From NCBI GenBank assembly GCA_018971565.1, contig JAGXAO010000002.1, positions 6,499 to 70,498 of the forward strand: a DNA stretch of 64,000 nucleotides, written 5' to 3'. Position 1 is the stretch's first letter. Every line of letters begins with the position of its first letter. A program made the position numbers and the translations under genes. This document shows positions 42,626 to 52,660 of the stretch, in pieces. The DNA is from Rhodospirillales bacterium. GTDB taxonomy: Bacteria > Pseudomonadota > Alphaproteobacteria > Acetobacterales > Acetobacteraceae. The notes below the pieces were generated by a model. The model had not been told where the DNA came from. It did no database searches and saw only the letters and a list, made by a program, of their open reading frames with translations.

Positions 42626-43255
42626 ATGAGCGGCATCACGCTCCATAAGCATGATCTGCCGGCGGGGCTCGATTTTGGGCCCGTTGTGGCCGTGGACACT
42701 GAGACCATGGGATTGAACCCGCACCGGGACAGGCTTTGCCTGGTGCAATTCTCCTCTGGAGACGGTACGGCTCATCTTGTACAGATTATCCCCAAATCTC
42801 TCGGCGGCCGGGGTGGGAATTGCCACAATCTCAAGGCATTGCTTGCAAACCCTGATGTAACAAAATTATTCCATTATGGCCGTTTCGATATTGCGGCCCT
42901 GTATAACGCCCTTGGCGTGCTTGCGGCCCCCGTAATCTGCACCAAAATCGCCTCCAAGCTCGTACGCACCTACACCGATCGGCATGGATTGAAGGATTTA
43001 TGCAAGGATCTGGCGGGGGTTGATATTTCCAAGCAACAGCAGACCAGCAATTGGGGCGCGCTGGAACTAAGCCCCGAGCAGCTAACCTATGCGGCTTCGG
43101 ATGTGCTGTATCTGCACAAAATCTGGGAGCAACTGAGCGCGATGCTGGTGAGAGAAAACCGGCTGGATATTGCCGAGGCAGCCTTCAACTTTCTGCCCAC
43201 GCGCGCGCGGCTCGACCTGCTTGGTTATGTTGAGCCTGATATCTTCACACATTAA
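42626..43255 (+). CDS. rnd: Ribonuclease D (short 3'-5' exonuclease form)
   Basis: AVDTETMGL, FHYGRFD, CTKIASKL and YAASDV (DEDDy) motifs. Confidence 0.9.
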   Translation: MSGITLHKHDLPAGLDFGPVVAVDTETMGLNPHRDRLCLVQFSSGDGTAHLVQIIPKSLGGRGGNCHNLKALLANPDVTKLFHYGRFDIAALYNALGVLAAPVICTKIASKLVRTYTDRHGLKDLCKDLAGVDISKQQQTSNWGALELSPEQLTYAASDVLYLHKIWEQLSAMLVRENRLDIAEAAFNFLPTRARLDLLGYVEPDIFTH

Positions 43256-43322
43256 GGCAACGTTACACAGGGTTGCGTATATCGTGTTGACCGGCGCGGC
43301 CGGGCTAGCCATACCGTATCTT

Positions 43323-43448
43323 ATGATTCGCCTCGCCCTACATCGTCGTAGACGTGGCTGCCCTGCTCCCGCCTTAATTCGCGGGCATGAGGATGCCATG
43401 ACTACCGATCCGTCAGTTTCGGCGATGCCGGGTATGGTGTGCGCATGA
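43323..43448 (+). other. Candidate 41-aa small ORF coupled to lptC
   Basis: TTGACC-N17-CATACC lies 7 nt before the ATG; the stop overlaps the lptC start (ATGA). Coding status unproven. Confidence 0.35.
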
Positions 43449-44104
43449 ATCACATCCATAATGTTCCCCGGCATTCTGTTCTGGATGAAATTCGCCGCCA
43501 ACGGCAGCAAGCGCAAACAAACATCGCCAGGCGCAGCCTGCGCGTAACTCTGCTCAAGCGTGCATTGCCGGCGGCGGCACTGTTGTTACTGGCGGCATTG
43601 GCCCTCGCTCCTTCCTGGCAATCTGGCCCAGATGCGAACCGGGTTACGTATCACGTCTCGCAATCCACCGGCGCCACCACCTCGCGTATGCAAGGGGCAA
43701 CTTATCACGGGCGCGACCAACAGGGGCAGCCCTATACCGTAACAGCCGCAAGCGCCGTGCAAAAAGGGCAGAACAACGTAGCCCTTACCACGCCTGAAGG
43801 CGATATCACGCTCAAATCTGGCGCTTGGCTGATGCTCAGATCCGCAACCGGCGATTATAACCAGCAAAGTGACACGCTCAACCTGAATGGCGGTGTAACG
43901 CTTTACCGTAACGACGGCACGATTGTGACGACAAAGGACAGCGCCATTGATCTGCGCCAGGGCGGTGCACACAGCACCAGCCCCGTGCAGGTAACGGGGC
44001 CGTTTGGTACTCTCAATGCCCAGAACGGATTTAGCCTGACCGGAAAGGGTGATAAAATAACTTTCCATGGCCCAGCCACACTGACGCTTTCCCAGGCACG
44101 ATGA
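43445..44104 (+). CDS. lptC: LPS export ABC transporter periplasmic protein LptC
   Basis: Single N-terminal TM followed by beta-jellyroll-like sequence; first gene of lptCAB. Confidence 0.85.
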   Translation: MNHIHNVPRHSVLDEIRRQRQQAQTNIARRSLRVTLLKRALPAAALLLLAALALAPSWQSGPDANRVTYHVSQSTGATTSRMQGATYHGRDQQGQPYTVTAASAVQKGQNNVALTTPEGDITLKSGAWLMLRSATGDYNQQSDTLNLNGGVTLYRNDGTIVTTKDSAIDLRQGGAHSTSPVQVTGPFGTLNAQNGFSLTGKGDKITFHGPATLTLSQAR

Positions 44105-44997
44105 AGCAGTTTTATCTTCTATCGGTCATGGCCTGCGCGGCCTCGCCGGCTTTTGCGCAAGACCTTAATCTGGGCGGCGCGCCAAACGCAGCCCCTGTAC
44201 CAATCCAGATCACAGCTTCCCAAGGCATAACCTGGTCGCAAGATGCCCAGACCGTGACGGCATCCGGCAATGCCAAGGCCGTGCGGGGCAATGTTACCGT
44301 GACGGCGGATGAACTGGTGGCGCATTATGTTAAAAAGCCCGGCACCGCCAGCCAGCCGGAAGACGCCAACGCAAATGCCGCCAGCCCGCTTGACCAAGGC
44401 AGCTCTCAGTTGACCGAACTGGACGCGATTGGCCATGTGCATGTTTATAGCACGACTGATAATGCCTGGGGCGACCGTGCGGTTTATTCGGTTGGGCAGC
44501 AGGTGCTGGTTTTAGTTGGGCAAAACCTGAAATTGACCACACCGCAGGATGTAGTTACCGCCAGAGATTCAATTGAATATTACGCGGGTGAGCATAAGGC
44601 CATTGCGCGTGGCGATGCGTTGATTGTGGCGAGTGATGGGCGCTCCATCGCGGCGGATGTTATAACTGGTTATTTTGACAGCCAGGCAAGCAGCGGCAAA
44701 ACACAGCCGGCCGCACAGAATACCGATGCGCTGAGCCAGAGCGGAAACCTCAAGCGTGTGGAAGCGGTTGGCCATGTGGTTATCAAAACACAGAGCGACA
44801 CCGCCACGGGCGACAGCGGCGTTTATCTGCCCCCCACCGGCCAAGCGCGGTTAGGCGGAAATGTGCATATCATCCATGGCCAGAATGAGCTCGCGGGCTC
44901 TGACGCGCTGGTGAACATGAAAACCGGCATTGCCACACTTCTGGCCGGGCCAGGCGGCCAGGTTTCCGGCGTAATCCTCCCGGGATCGGGGAAGTGA
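44101..44997 (+). CDS. lptA: LPS transport periplasmic protein LptA/OstA
   Basis: Signal peptide and two OstA-like repeats (GNAKAVRG, GHVVI...GD.GVY). Confidence 0.85.
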   Translation: MKQFYLLSVMACAASPAFAQDLNLGGAPNAAPVPIQITASQGITWSQDAQTVTASGNAKAVRGNVTVTADELVAHYVKKPGTASQPEDANANAASPLDQGSSQLTELDAIGHVHVYSTTDNAWGDRAVYSVGQQVLVLVGQNLKLTTPQDVVTARDSIEYYAGEHKAIARGDALIVASDGRSIAADVITGYFDSQASSGKTQPAAQNTDALSQSGNLKRVEAVGHVVIKTQSDTATGDSGVYLPPTGQARLGGNVHIIHGQNELAGSDALVNMKTGIATLLAGPGGQVSGVILPGSGK

Positions 44998-44998
44998 G

Positions 44999-45778
44999 AT
45001 GACCAGCTCCGTAATAAGCAGCGAGCAGACCAGCCGCGTATCTGTTCCCGGTGGTGACACAGGGCTGGTGGCCAGCGGGCTTGGCAAACGGTTTAAAAAA
45101 CGCCCCGTGGTGCGCAATGTTTCGCTTTCCGTACGGCGGGGGGAAGCTGTGGGCCTGCTTGGGCCAAATGGCGCGGGTAAAACCACAACATTTTACATGA
45201 TCGTCGGGTTGATCGGGTCAGATTCCGGCACCATCGCATTGGATGGCATGGAAATTTCAAATCTGCCCATGTACCGGCGCGCCCGGCTGGGCATTGGCTA
45301 TCTGCCGCAGGAGGCCAGCGTTTTCCGTGGCCTGAATGTCGAGCAGAACATCATGGCGGCCCTGGACATGGTGGAACCTGACGCGAGCAGGCGCGAGGAA
45401 ATGCTTACCGAACTTCTGGCGGAATTTGGCATTTCACATCTGCGCCGTACCCCTGCCCTCGCCCTTTCCGGCGGTGAGCGCCGGCGTGTGGAGATCGCGC
45501 GGGCGTTGGCAACAGGCCCCAACTACATCCTGCTGGATGAGCCGCTGGCCGGTATCGACCCCATAGCGGTTGGTGAAATCCGTGATCTTGTGGCGCATTT
45601 GAAGCATCGGGGCCTCGGCGTGCTCATCACCGACCATAACGTACGCGAGACGCTGGAAATCATCGACCGGGCCTATATTCTTTACGATGGCCAGGTGCTG
45701 ATGGAAGGTAACCCGGAAGAAGTGGTGGCGCATGAGGATGTACGCCGGGTTTATTTGGGTGAGAAGTTTAGCCTTTAA
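44999..45778 (+). CDS. lptB: LPS export ABC transporter ATPase
   Basis: GPNGAGKTT, YLPQEASVF, LSGGERRR, DEPLAG and VYLGE motifs. Confidence 0.96.
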   Translation: MTSSVISSEQTSRVSVPGGDTGLVASGLGKRFKKRPVVRNVSLSVRRGEAVGLLGPNGAGKTTTFYMIVGLIGSDSGTIALDGMEISNLPMYRRARLGIGYLPQEASVFRGLNVEQNIMAALDMVEPDASRREEMLTELLAEFGISHLRRTPALALSGGERRRVEIARALATGPNYILLDEPLAGIDPIAVGEIRDLVAHLKHRGLGVLITDHNVRETLEIIDRAYILYDGQVLMEGNPEEVVAHEDVRRVYLGEKFSL

Positions 45779-45864
45779 TCGTTGATTCGCGTGCTTACGG
45801 CGGCCAAGCATTTTTCGCGCCAAAAGCCATTGGAAAAAACTTAAAACCGCGTTAGCATCTTGGC

Positions 45865-47358
45865 ATGGCTTTTGCTCCATCCTACGCGCCGCGCTTGGAT
45901 CTTCGCCAGTCCCAGTCCCTGGTAATGACCCCGCAGCTGCGCCAGGCGATTCAGCTGTTGCAGTTTTCCAATTTGGAAGCCAGTGCGTTCATCGAAGATG
46001 AATTGCTTAAAAATCCGTTGCTTGAATGTGAAACCGGAGGCGAAACCGCAACCGCTATTGAAACGCGGACGGAAGCATCAGCCAAGATTCCGGATGATCC
46101 GGCGAGCATCGCCGCCGCTGGAATGTTACCGGATTCCACTACGACTTCGCTCGATCTGGATACCAGCAATGTGTACGACGCAGGAACAAATGCCGATGGC
46201 TATGGCGCGGCGGAGTTTTCTGGTGATGGGGACGATTGGAATCCACTTGAAGCATTGGGGGCGGAACGGCCTTGCTTGCGCGAACATCTGGAGCAGCAGG
46301 CCCGCCTTGCTTTTTCCGGGCGCGAGGATTTGACCATCGCCAGGGCTATGATCGTGGCACTGGACCCGGCAGGACGATTGGGAGACACGCCGGAGGCAAT
46401 GGCCTTGGCCCTCGGTGTGGAGCTTTCGCGTTTTGAGGCCGTGCGCGGCATCATGATGCGTTTTGACCCGGTGGGCGTATTTGCCACAAACCTGGCCGAA
46501 TGCCTGGCTGTACAATTGGCAGACCAGAATCGGCTGGACCCGGCGATGCAGGCGCTGCTGGACAATCTGGAGATGCTGGCCCGCCGCGAAATGCGGGCTT
46601 TGCTGGATATTTGTGGCGTGGATGCGGCTGACCTGGCCGACATGGTGGCTGAGCTGAAGCGGCTGGACCCGAAACCTGGCGCGAAATTCGATTCCGAACC
46701 ACTGCGCCCGCTTATCCCGGACGTATTGATGCGCCCCGCCCCGGTGGCGGAGGATGGGGCGCCAGATTGGCTGCTCGAGATAAACCCTGAAACCATGCCG
46801 CGGCTGCTTATCCGGCGCGGGTTTCATGCCAGGCTGGCGGCTTCGGCCAATAAGGAAACAAAAAGCTTCCTTTCTGAGCAGCTACAAGGCGCGAACTGGC
46901 TCGTGAAAGCGCTGGAATCCCGTGCACAGACCATTTTACGGGTCTCGGCCGAGATTGTGCGCCGGCAGGACGGTTTTTTCCGCCACGGCATCTCGCATCT
47001 GCGGCCATTAACCCTGCGGGACATCGCCGCCGAGGTGGAGCTGCATGAGAGTACCGTGAGCCGTGTGACCTCCAACAAATCCATCGCAACGCCACGGGGC
47101 ATTTTCGAGCTGAAATTCTTCTTTACCACCGCCCTTGCGGGGGCGAATGGGGAAACGCACTCAGCCGAAACCGTGCGTCATCGTGTAGCGCAGATAATCA
47201 ATGCCGAAAAACCAAAAAATATTTTGTCGGATGACGCTGTGGCAGCCATATTACAGAAAGAAGGCATAGACATAGCACGGCGTACCGTGGCCAAATACAG
47301 AGAAGCGCTGCGCATCCCCGGCTCGGCGCAGCGCAGGCGGGAAAAAATGCCCGCATAG
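45865..47358 (+). CDS. rpoN: RNA polymerase sigma-54 factor
   Basis: MTPQLRQAI.LLQ region I, HESTVSR HTH and the ARRTVAKYRE RpoN box. Confidence 0.97.
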   Translation: MAFAPSYAPRLDLRQSQSLVMTPQLRQAIQLLQFSNLEASAFIEDELLKNPLLECETGGETATAIETRTEASAKIPDDPASIAAAGMLPDSTTTSLDLDTSNVYDAGTNADGYGAAEFSGDGDDWNPLEALGAERPCLREHLEQQARLAFSGREDLTIARAMIVALDPAGRLGDTPEAMALALGVELSRFEAVRGIMMRFDPVGVFATNLAECLAVQLADQNRLDPAMQALLDNLEMLARREMRALLDICGVDAADLADMVAELKRLDPKPGAKFDSEPLRPLIPDVLMRPAPVAEDGAPDWLLEINPETMPRLLIRRGFHARLAASANKETKSFLSEQLQGANWLVKALESRAQTILRVSAEIVRRQDGFFRHGISHLRPLTLRDIAAEVELHESTVSRVTSNKSIATPRGIFELKFFFTTALAGANGETHSAETVRHRVAQIINAEKPKNILSDDAVAAILQKEGIDIARRTVAKYREALRIPGSAQRRREKMPA

Positions 47359-47424
47359 CAAGGCTTAAGGAAGGAGTAGCCTTGCGAAACCAAGATTACG
47401 AGCCGGTTTGTTCGGGAGAAGACC

Positions 47425-48030
47425 ATGCAACTAACGGTCTCAGGTAAACAAGTCGATCTGTCCGACGCCCTGCGCGTACATGTGGACAAGCAACTCGGTA
47501 CAATCACGGCGAAATATTTCGATCAGGCCCTTGAGGCCCAGGTTACTTTCAGCCGTGCCCGCAGTTTTTTCACCTGCGACATTAATCTGCACGCCGGCCG
47601 CGGCATTACCGTACGCGGCGAAGGCGAGGCGGCGGATGCCCGCGCGGCGTTTGAAGACGCGGCCGAACATATCGCCAAGCGGCTTCGCCGTTACCGCAGG
47701 CGCGTCTCCGCGCATCAGCGTGACCTGAACAAGATAAAACCCGAAATGGCCCGCGCCTATGTGTTGGCGCCGGAGGATGAGGAGGAAGACGAACGAGAGG
47801 CCAAGAACGGACATGCTGACGGCATGAAAGCACTCTCGGACGAATTGCACGCCACAATCGTCGCTGAGGACACGACTGCGATTGAAACGCTTACCGTACG
47901 CGATGCGGTTATGAAAATGGATTTGGCTTTCCAGCCATTAATGATGTTTCGCAATTCCAAAACCGGAGGCCTGAACGTTATCTACCGCCGGCCGGACGGG
48001 CATGTGGGCTGGATTGACCCCAAAGCCTGA
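47425..48030 (+). CDS. hpf: Ribosome hibernation promoting factor (long form)
   Basis: VSGKQVDL..AL N-terminus, KRLRRYRRR and C-terminal FRN...NVIYRR.DG..GWIDP. Confidence 0.93.
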   Translation: MQLTVSGKQVDLSDALRVHVDKQLGTITAKYFDQALEAQVTFSRARSFFTCDINLHAGRGITVRGEGEAADARAAFEDAAEHIAKRLRRYRRRVSAHQRDLNKIKPEMARAYVLAPEDEEEDEREAKNGHADGMKALSDELHATIVAEDTTAIETLTVRDAVMKMDLAFQPLMMFRNSKTGGLNVIYRRPDGHVGWIDPKA

Positions 48031-48036
48031 TCAACA

Positions 48037-48070
48037 GGAGGTGGCTGGGCATAAAAACCCAGCCGCCTCC
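48037..48070. terminator. Hairpin between convergent hpf and map
   Basis: GGAGGTGGCTGGG-N8-CCCAGCCGCCTCC, a 13-bp stem with one G-U pair when read on the minus-strand transcript (one mismatch on plus). Confidence 0.7.
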
Positions 48071-48074
48071 GCAA

Positions 48075-48881
48075 CTATTCGTAAGGTGGCTGGGTATAGC
48101 CCTTTGGTGAAACCGTGAAGATTTCAGCCCCTGTATCGGTCACCGCGATCATATGCTCAAACTGAGCGGAAAGAGACCGGTCGCGGGTTACGGCTGTCCA
48201 GCCGTCATCCAGAACTTTCACATCCGGCTTGCCTGCATTCACCATTGGCTCGATAGTGAAAAACATGCCCGGCTTCAGCATCGCACCTTCACCGCGCCGC
48301 CCAAAATGCAGCACGTTGGGCGGTTCGTGAAACCGCTGGCCGATGCCATGGCCACAAAAATCCCGCACCACGGTAAAACGCTGCGCTTCTACATATTGCT
48401 GGATGGCAAAACCGATATCGCCAAAGGTTGCCCCTGGCTTTACCGCGGCGATGCCACGCATCAACGCCTCATAAGTCACCTCGATTAGCCGCCGCGCCCG
48501 GGTATTGGCGTTGCCCGCCACATACATGCGGCTGGAATCGCCGAACCAGCCATCCAGCGTCACCGTTACGTCGATGTTCAGAATATCGCCATCCAGCAGC
48601 TTCCTGTCCCCAGGAATACCATGGCACACAACATGATTGATGGAGGTGCAGATGGATTTTGGAAACCCGCGATAATTCAACGGCGAGGGCACGGCGCCAT
48701 GCGCTAAAATAAAATCGTGGCAAAGCTGGTTCAGCCGCTCCGTGGTTACCCCCGGTTTTACATGCTCTGCGATCATATCCAATGTTTCGGCGGCGAGACG
48801 CCCTGCCGCGCGCATCGGCGCGAAGTCTTCCGGTTTGTAAATAACGATCCGGCGAGAATCGGCACCGCCATCCATCTTCAA
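48075..48881 (-). CDS. map: Methionine aminopeptidase type I
   Basis: CTSINHVVCHGIP, DVTV..DGWFGD, GHGIG..FHE, IEPM and AQFEH motifs. Start TTG 48881 or ATG 48875. Confidence 0.96.
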   Translation of the reverse strand: MKMDGGADSRRIVIYKPEDFAPMRAAGRLAAETLDMIAEHVKPGVTTERLNQLCHDFILAHGAVPSPLNYRGFPKSICTSINHVVCHGIPGDRKLLDGDILNIDVTVTLDGWFGDSSRMYVAGNANTRARRLIEVTYEALMRGIAAVKPGATFGDIGFAIQQYVEAQRFTVVRDFCGHGIGQRFHEPPNVLHFGRRGEGAMLKPGMFFTIEPMVNAGKPDVKVLDDGWTAVTRDRSLSAQFEHMIAVTDTGAEIFTVSPKGYTQPPYE

Positions 48882-48946
48882 TCTTCCTCAGGTAACTCTG
48901 CCGGGCAACCTAGCACGACCGAAAGCCCCGCCGCAAAGCAAGGCAG

Positions 48947-50350
48947 TTAAATAACCAGCGGCGCGGTCATGGCTCTGGGGTTAACCCATTCATCGAATTG
49001 GGCCTCCGTCAGCGCGCCGCTGGTAAGTGCTGCCTCACGCAGGCTTAATCCCTCGCGATGCGCTCTCAAGGCAATCTCGGCTGATTTGGAGTAGCCGATA
49101 TGCGGATTAAGTGCCGTTACAAGCATGAGGTTGCGGGCAAGATTTTCTTCAATCCTGCTTAACGCCGGCTCAATCCCCTCGGCGCAATGGATGCGGAAAC
49201 TATCCAGCGCATCCGTCAGAATATGAGCTGAGTCCAGGTAGTTACTCAGCATCACCGGCTTGAACACGTTAAGCTGGAAATTGCCCTGGGAGCCGCCAAA
49301 GGCCACTGCATGGTCGTTGCCGAAAACCTGCACGGCCACCATTGTCAGTGCCTCGCACTGGGTGGGGTTGATCTTGCCGGGCATGATTGAGGAACCGGGC
49401 TCGTTTTCAGGAATCAGCAACTCGCCAATGCCGGTGCGCGGGCCGGAGGCATACCAGCGCACATCATTGGCGATTTTCATGGCCGCCCCGGCCAGCACGC
49501 GCAAGGCGCCGGAGGCTGAAACCAGCGCATCATGCGCCGAAAGGGCAGCGAATTTGTTGGGTGCGGAGATGAAAGGATACCCCGTTTCTTCGGCCACGAA
49601 GGCGGCGACGGTGGCGCCAAAATTTGGGTGCGCATTCAGCCCCGTGCCCACCGCCGTGCCGCCGATGGCAAGTTCATACAGCCCCTCCAACGAGGATGTA
49701 ACGAGGGAAGCCGCCTGCTCAAGCTGCGCCTGCCAGCCGGAAATCACCTGCCCCAGCGTAACCGGCGTCGCATCCTGCAAATGGGTGCGTCCGGTCATCA
49801 CCACATCGCCATAGGCAAGGCTTTTGGCTTTTAAAACATCGGCAAGGCGCTTCACGGCAGGCAGCAGCCTGCCCGCCGCCACCTCCACCGCGGCGATGTG
49901 CATCACGGTGGGGAAGGTATCGTTGGAGGATTGGCTGTGGTTAACATCGTCGTTCGGGTTGACCGGCTTTTTGCTGCCGATAATCCCGCCCGCCATCTGG
50001 ATGGCACGGTTAGAGATAACCTCGTTGGCGTTCATGTTGCTCTGCGTGCCAGAGCCGGTCTGAAACACCACCAGCGGAAATTCATCGTCCCATTTGCCGT
50101 CGATCACCTCCTGCGCCGCGGCGATGATGAACCGCGCTTTTTCCCCCGGCAACTGGCCCAGCGCGTCATTGGCGAGCGCGCAGGCTTTCTTCAGAATACC
50201 AAAGCCCCGCACAACATCCCGGCCCCAGACATAGCGGGACCGCCCAATGCGGAAATTCTCCAGGCTGCGTTCTGTCTGCGCGCCCCAGAGGCGATTGGCC
50301 GGAACCTCTACATCGCCCAGCGCGTCATGCTCGATCCGTTTGTCTATCAT
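48947..50350 (-). CDS. fumC: Class II fumarate hydratase
   Basis: [19 protein letters not shown] and [11 protein letters not shown] signatures. Start MIDKRIEHD at 50350. Confidence 0.96.
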   Translation of the reverse strand: MIDKRIEHDALGDVEVPANRLWGAQTERSLENFRIGRSRYVWGRDVVRGFGILKKACALANDALGQLPGEKARFIIAAAQEVIDGKWDDEFPLVVFQTGSGTQSNMNANEVISNRAIQMAGGIIGSKKPVNPNDDVNHSQSSNDTFPTVMHIAAVEVAAGRLLPAVKRLADVLKAKSLAYGDVVMTGRTHLQDATPVTLGQVISGWQAQLEQAASLVTSSLEGLYELAIGGTAVGTGLNAHPNFGATVAAFVAEETGYPFISAPNKFAALSAHDALVSASGALRVLAGAAMKIANDVRWYASGPRTGIGELLIPENEPGSSIMPGKINPTQCEALTMVAVQVFGNDHAVAFGGSQGNFQLNVFKPVMLSNYLDSAHILTDALDSFRIHCAEGIEPALSRIEENLARNLMLVTALNPHIGYSKSAEIALRAHREGLSLREAALTSGALTEAQFDEWVNPRAMTAPLVI

Positions 50351-50634
50351 CACCAATTCCCGCGCAAAAACCCAAGGGCCGGCAAAGGCTTCCACCGGCG
50401 GGGCAGATCCGTCCGGCGTATCGGCCTTATCATGTAACGTGGGGCTGGTTGCTCGGTTCTTTCAAGAAAGGTTGCATAAGCGCGCACCTGGGTTTCACGC
50501 CATGCCTGGTCGTTCAGCGCCAAGGCGCGGCTGGGAAACACTTCCGCGATGCGGATTACACGGCCGATAACCGCGACAACGGCCCAGAGGGAATCTTCGC
50601 CTCCCCGGCGGCGTTCAGGCGCCACAAAATCCAA
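50350..50634 (-). CDS. Hypothetical protein (94 aa) translationally coupled to fumC
   Basis: GGAG upstream of a TTG start; TGATG overlap with the fumC start; fills the intergenic gap. Confidence 0.6.
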   Translation of the reverse strand: MDFVAPERRRGGEDSLWAVVAVIGRVIRIAEVFPSRALALNDQAWRETQVRAYATFLERTEQPAPRYMIRPIRRTDLPRRWKPLPALGFLRGNW

Positions 50635-50670
50635 ATTCCGTCTCCGAGTGATACAGAGGCTCTTGGTACT

Positions 50671-51408
50671 TTATTGGTTTGATCCTGCCCGAAAACCAGA
50701 GGGCCGCGCCAGCAATAAAACCATAACGCGGGGGGCACGGAGCAGGTAGCGGGAGCCAAGGCGGCGGGGCTCGGCTGCCAGGCGGTGCAGCCATTCCAGC
50801 CCGGCACGTTGCATCCAAAAGGGCGCGCGGCGGCGTGTGCCCGCCTGGAATTCCAGCGCCGCGCCAATGCACAGCCCCAACCCGGCCGCCTGGCCCTGGC
50901 GCAAAACCTCATGGGCCAGAAGCTCCTGCACTGGTGAACCCAAGGCGAAAAAGGTAAAGCGCGCCTTGGCCATGGCCACGAAATGCGCGGCCTCGGCAAA
51001 GGCTTCAGGCTTGGCCAGCAGGTTCATGGGCGGGTTGTGGTGGATGAAGCCGATAAGCGGAAAACGCTGCTGCAACATGGCAAAGGCGGCAGGTTGCATG
51101 CCAACCACCGCCACACGGCTTGCTCCCAGCTCCGGCAGCAAGGCGGCAATAAGGTCCGCCCCGGTGATCACGGGCGGTGGCTCTTGCCCCAACAGTCTGA
51201 CGAAATGTGCCAGAAACCGCGAATCAAACAACCGCAGCAGGGCCTCATCGTAAATCGGCCGAAGTGCCGGGTTGCGGTGCAGCCGGTCCAGGTGGTCGGC
51301 ATTGGGGGTAACAACATAGGCGAAAGCCTCGCCCTCCGCGCGCGCGAGCAGCCCGGCGCACACCTGCGCCAAAGGCTCCTCGTTGAAGGAGCGGCCGAGG
51401 AAGTTCAT
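50671..51408 (-). CDS. WecB/TagA/CpsF family glycosyltransferase
   Basis: YVVTPNADH, ITGADL, ALGSPVQE and RAP.WMQ.AGLEWLHRL..EP.RL..RY motifs. Start MNFLG overlaps the upstream stop. Confidence 0.92.
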   Translation of the reverse strand: MNFLGRSFNEEPLAQVCAGLLARAEGEAFAYVVTPNADHLDRLHRNPALRPIYDEALLRLFDSRFLAHFVRLLGQEPPPVITGADLIAALLPELGASRVAVVGMQPAAFAMLQQRFPLIGFIHHNPPMNLLAKPEAFAEAAHFVAMAKARFTFFALGSPVQELLAHEVLRQGQAAGLGLCIGAALEFQAGTRRRAPFWMQRAGLEWLHRLAAEPRRLGSRYLLRAPRVMVLLLARPSGFRAGSNQ

Positions 51409-52598
51409 GGCGCCCAGCTCACCCCCAGGGTCAGCACATGTTCGTTGGCGGCGCCCAACTGGCCGGATTGCCGGTCGTTGAACACATAACGCCCTTCCAC
51501 CGCCAAAGCCGGGCTCATATGCCATTTCAACCCGGCGCTGCCGGTGAATAATGTTTCCCGCAACGGGGCATGGATGTAAGCGGCGTTTGAGATATCCACC
51601 GTGGCAATGGCGGTTAAATCGCGCAAACCCGTGCGAGTGAAGCTGAATTTTGCTTCCGTGAGCGTATAGGGGGTAGCACTCAGCCGGCCCGGGTCGTCAA
51701 TCTCCCGGGCAAGATTGAGGTGCAGCTCGTCCAGCTGGTCCGGCGACCAGTCCAGCCGTGCTTCCATTACCGGCGCTGCCAGCCCCTGCCCCACTCGTAG
51801 CACGCGCCAGGCATCCCCCGCGAGGGCCGAAACCGTCCAGAGGCCATCCGCCTTTTCCTGCAAACCAGCCAAAACGGCGTAATCATTTGCGCTCTGGCTC
51901 GTCTCCGCTCCGCTATCAAAGCCAGCGCGAAGCTCCGTCACGTAGGATAACGGCGCGCCATCATCGTAATGCAGCCTCAGGCTTGTCCGTAAATCTCGCC
52001 AGTTTTGCGAAGCCATGCCAGGGAAGTTGTAGACACTGGCGGAAAGCCGAGGCGAAACCGTGAGGCAGCCTGCGGCGATATCATCACGCGCGCGGATGTC
52101 CTTCAACGTAAAGGCAATGGGCCTGGTGATCGTGAAAGAGCTGAGCGCGAAGCCGCTCTCCGCCGATTTAAGAAAGGCAGCGGAAAGCGTTAGCATTTCA
52201 CCGGGCAATTGCGCCCGCTCGCCCGCCGCCAACGCGGCGCCGGTGACATTCTGCGCACTGTTTTGCGGGTAGGCGGTGGCCTCAACCTCGGCATAAGCGC
52301 CAAACCCGGCCACCGGGTCCGCCACCAAAAGGCTAGGAATTAGGCCTAAAACGGAGGAGGAGGCGCTACCGTTTGGGGCTGAATCATAACCGGTACGCGT
52401 GGCAAGGCTGGGGTTAAGGTTAAGCCCGGCAAGGCCCCAGCCTGTGGCACCCGGCGCTGCTGCCCGCCGCGCCGCCAGCCAGGATATTTCCTGCGCATAG
52501 CCAGGAATGGCGCTCGGCAGCAGCTCGTCCAGCATCTGCGCGCGCGCTGAAAGTGGCGCTGCCAAGGAAAACAGAAAAAGAGCACGGCGAAAAAACAC
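51405..52598 (-). CDS. Outer membrane beta-barrel protein (BBP2-like, polysaccharide export associated)
   Basis: Signal peptide, amphipathic beta-strand pattern, GYDS motif near the N-terminus and an aromatic C-terminal strand; polysaccharide-gene context. Confidence 0.7.
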   Translation of the reverse strand: MFFRRALFLFSLAAPLSARAQMLDELLPSAIPGYAQEISWLAARRAAAPGATGWGLAGLNLNPSLATRTGYDSAPNGSASSSVLGLIPSLLVADPVAGFGAYAEVEATAYPQNSAQNVTGAALAAGERAQLPGEMLTLSAAFLKSAESGFALSSFTITRPIAFTLKDIRARDDIAAGCLTVSPRLSASVYNFPGMASQNWRDLRTSLRLHYDDGAPLSYVTELRAGFDSGAETSQSANDYAVLAGLQEKADGLWTVSALAGDAWRVLRVGQGLAAPVMEARLDWSPDQLDELHLNLAREIDDPGRLSATPYTLTEAKFSFTRTGLRDLTAIATVDISNAAYIHAPLRETLFTGSAGLKWHMSPALAVEGRYVFNDRQSGQLGAANEHVLTLGVSWAP

Positions 52599-52660
52599 GC
52601 CACCCCGTTATCAGATTTAATGGATTTATGTTAATGAATAAACAACTTTAGGTTTATTTT

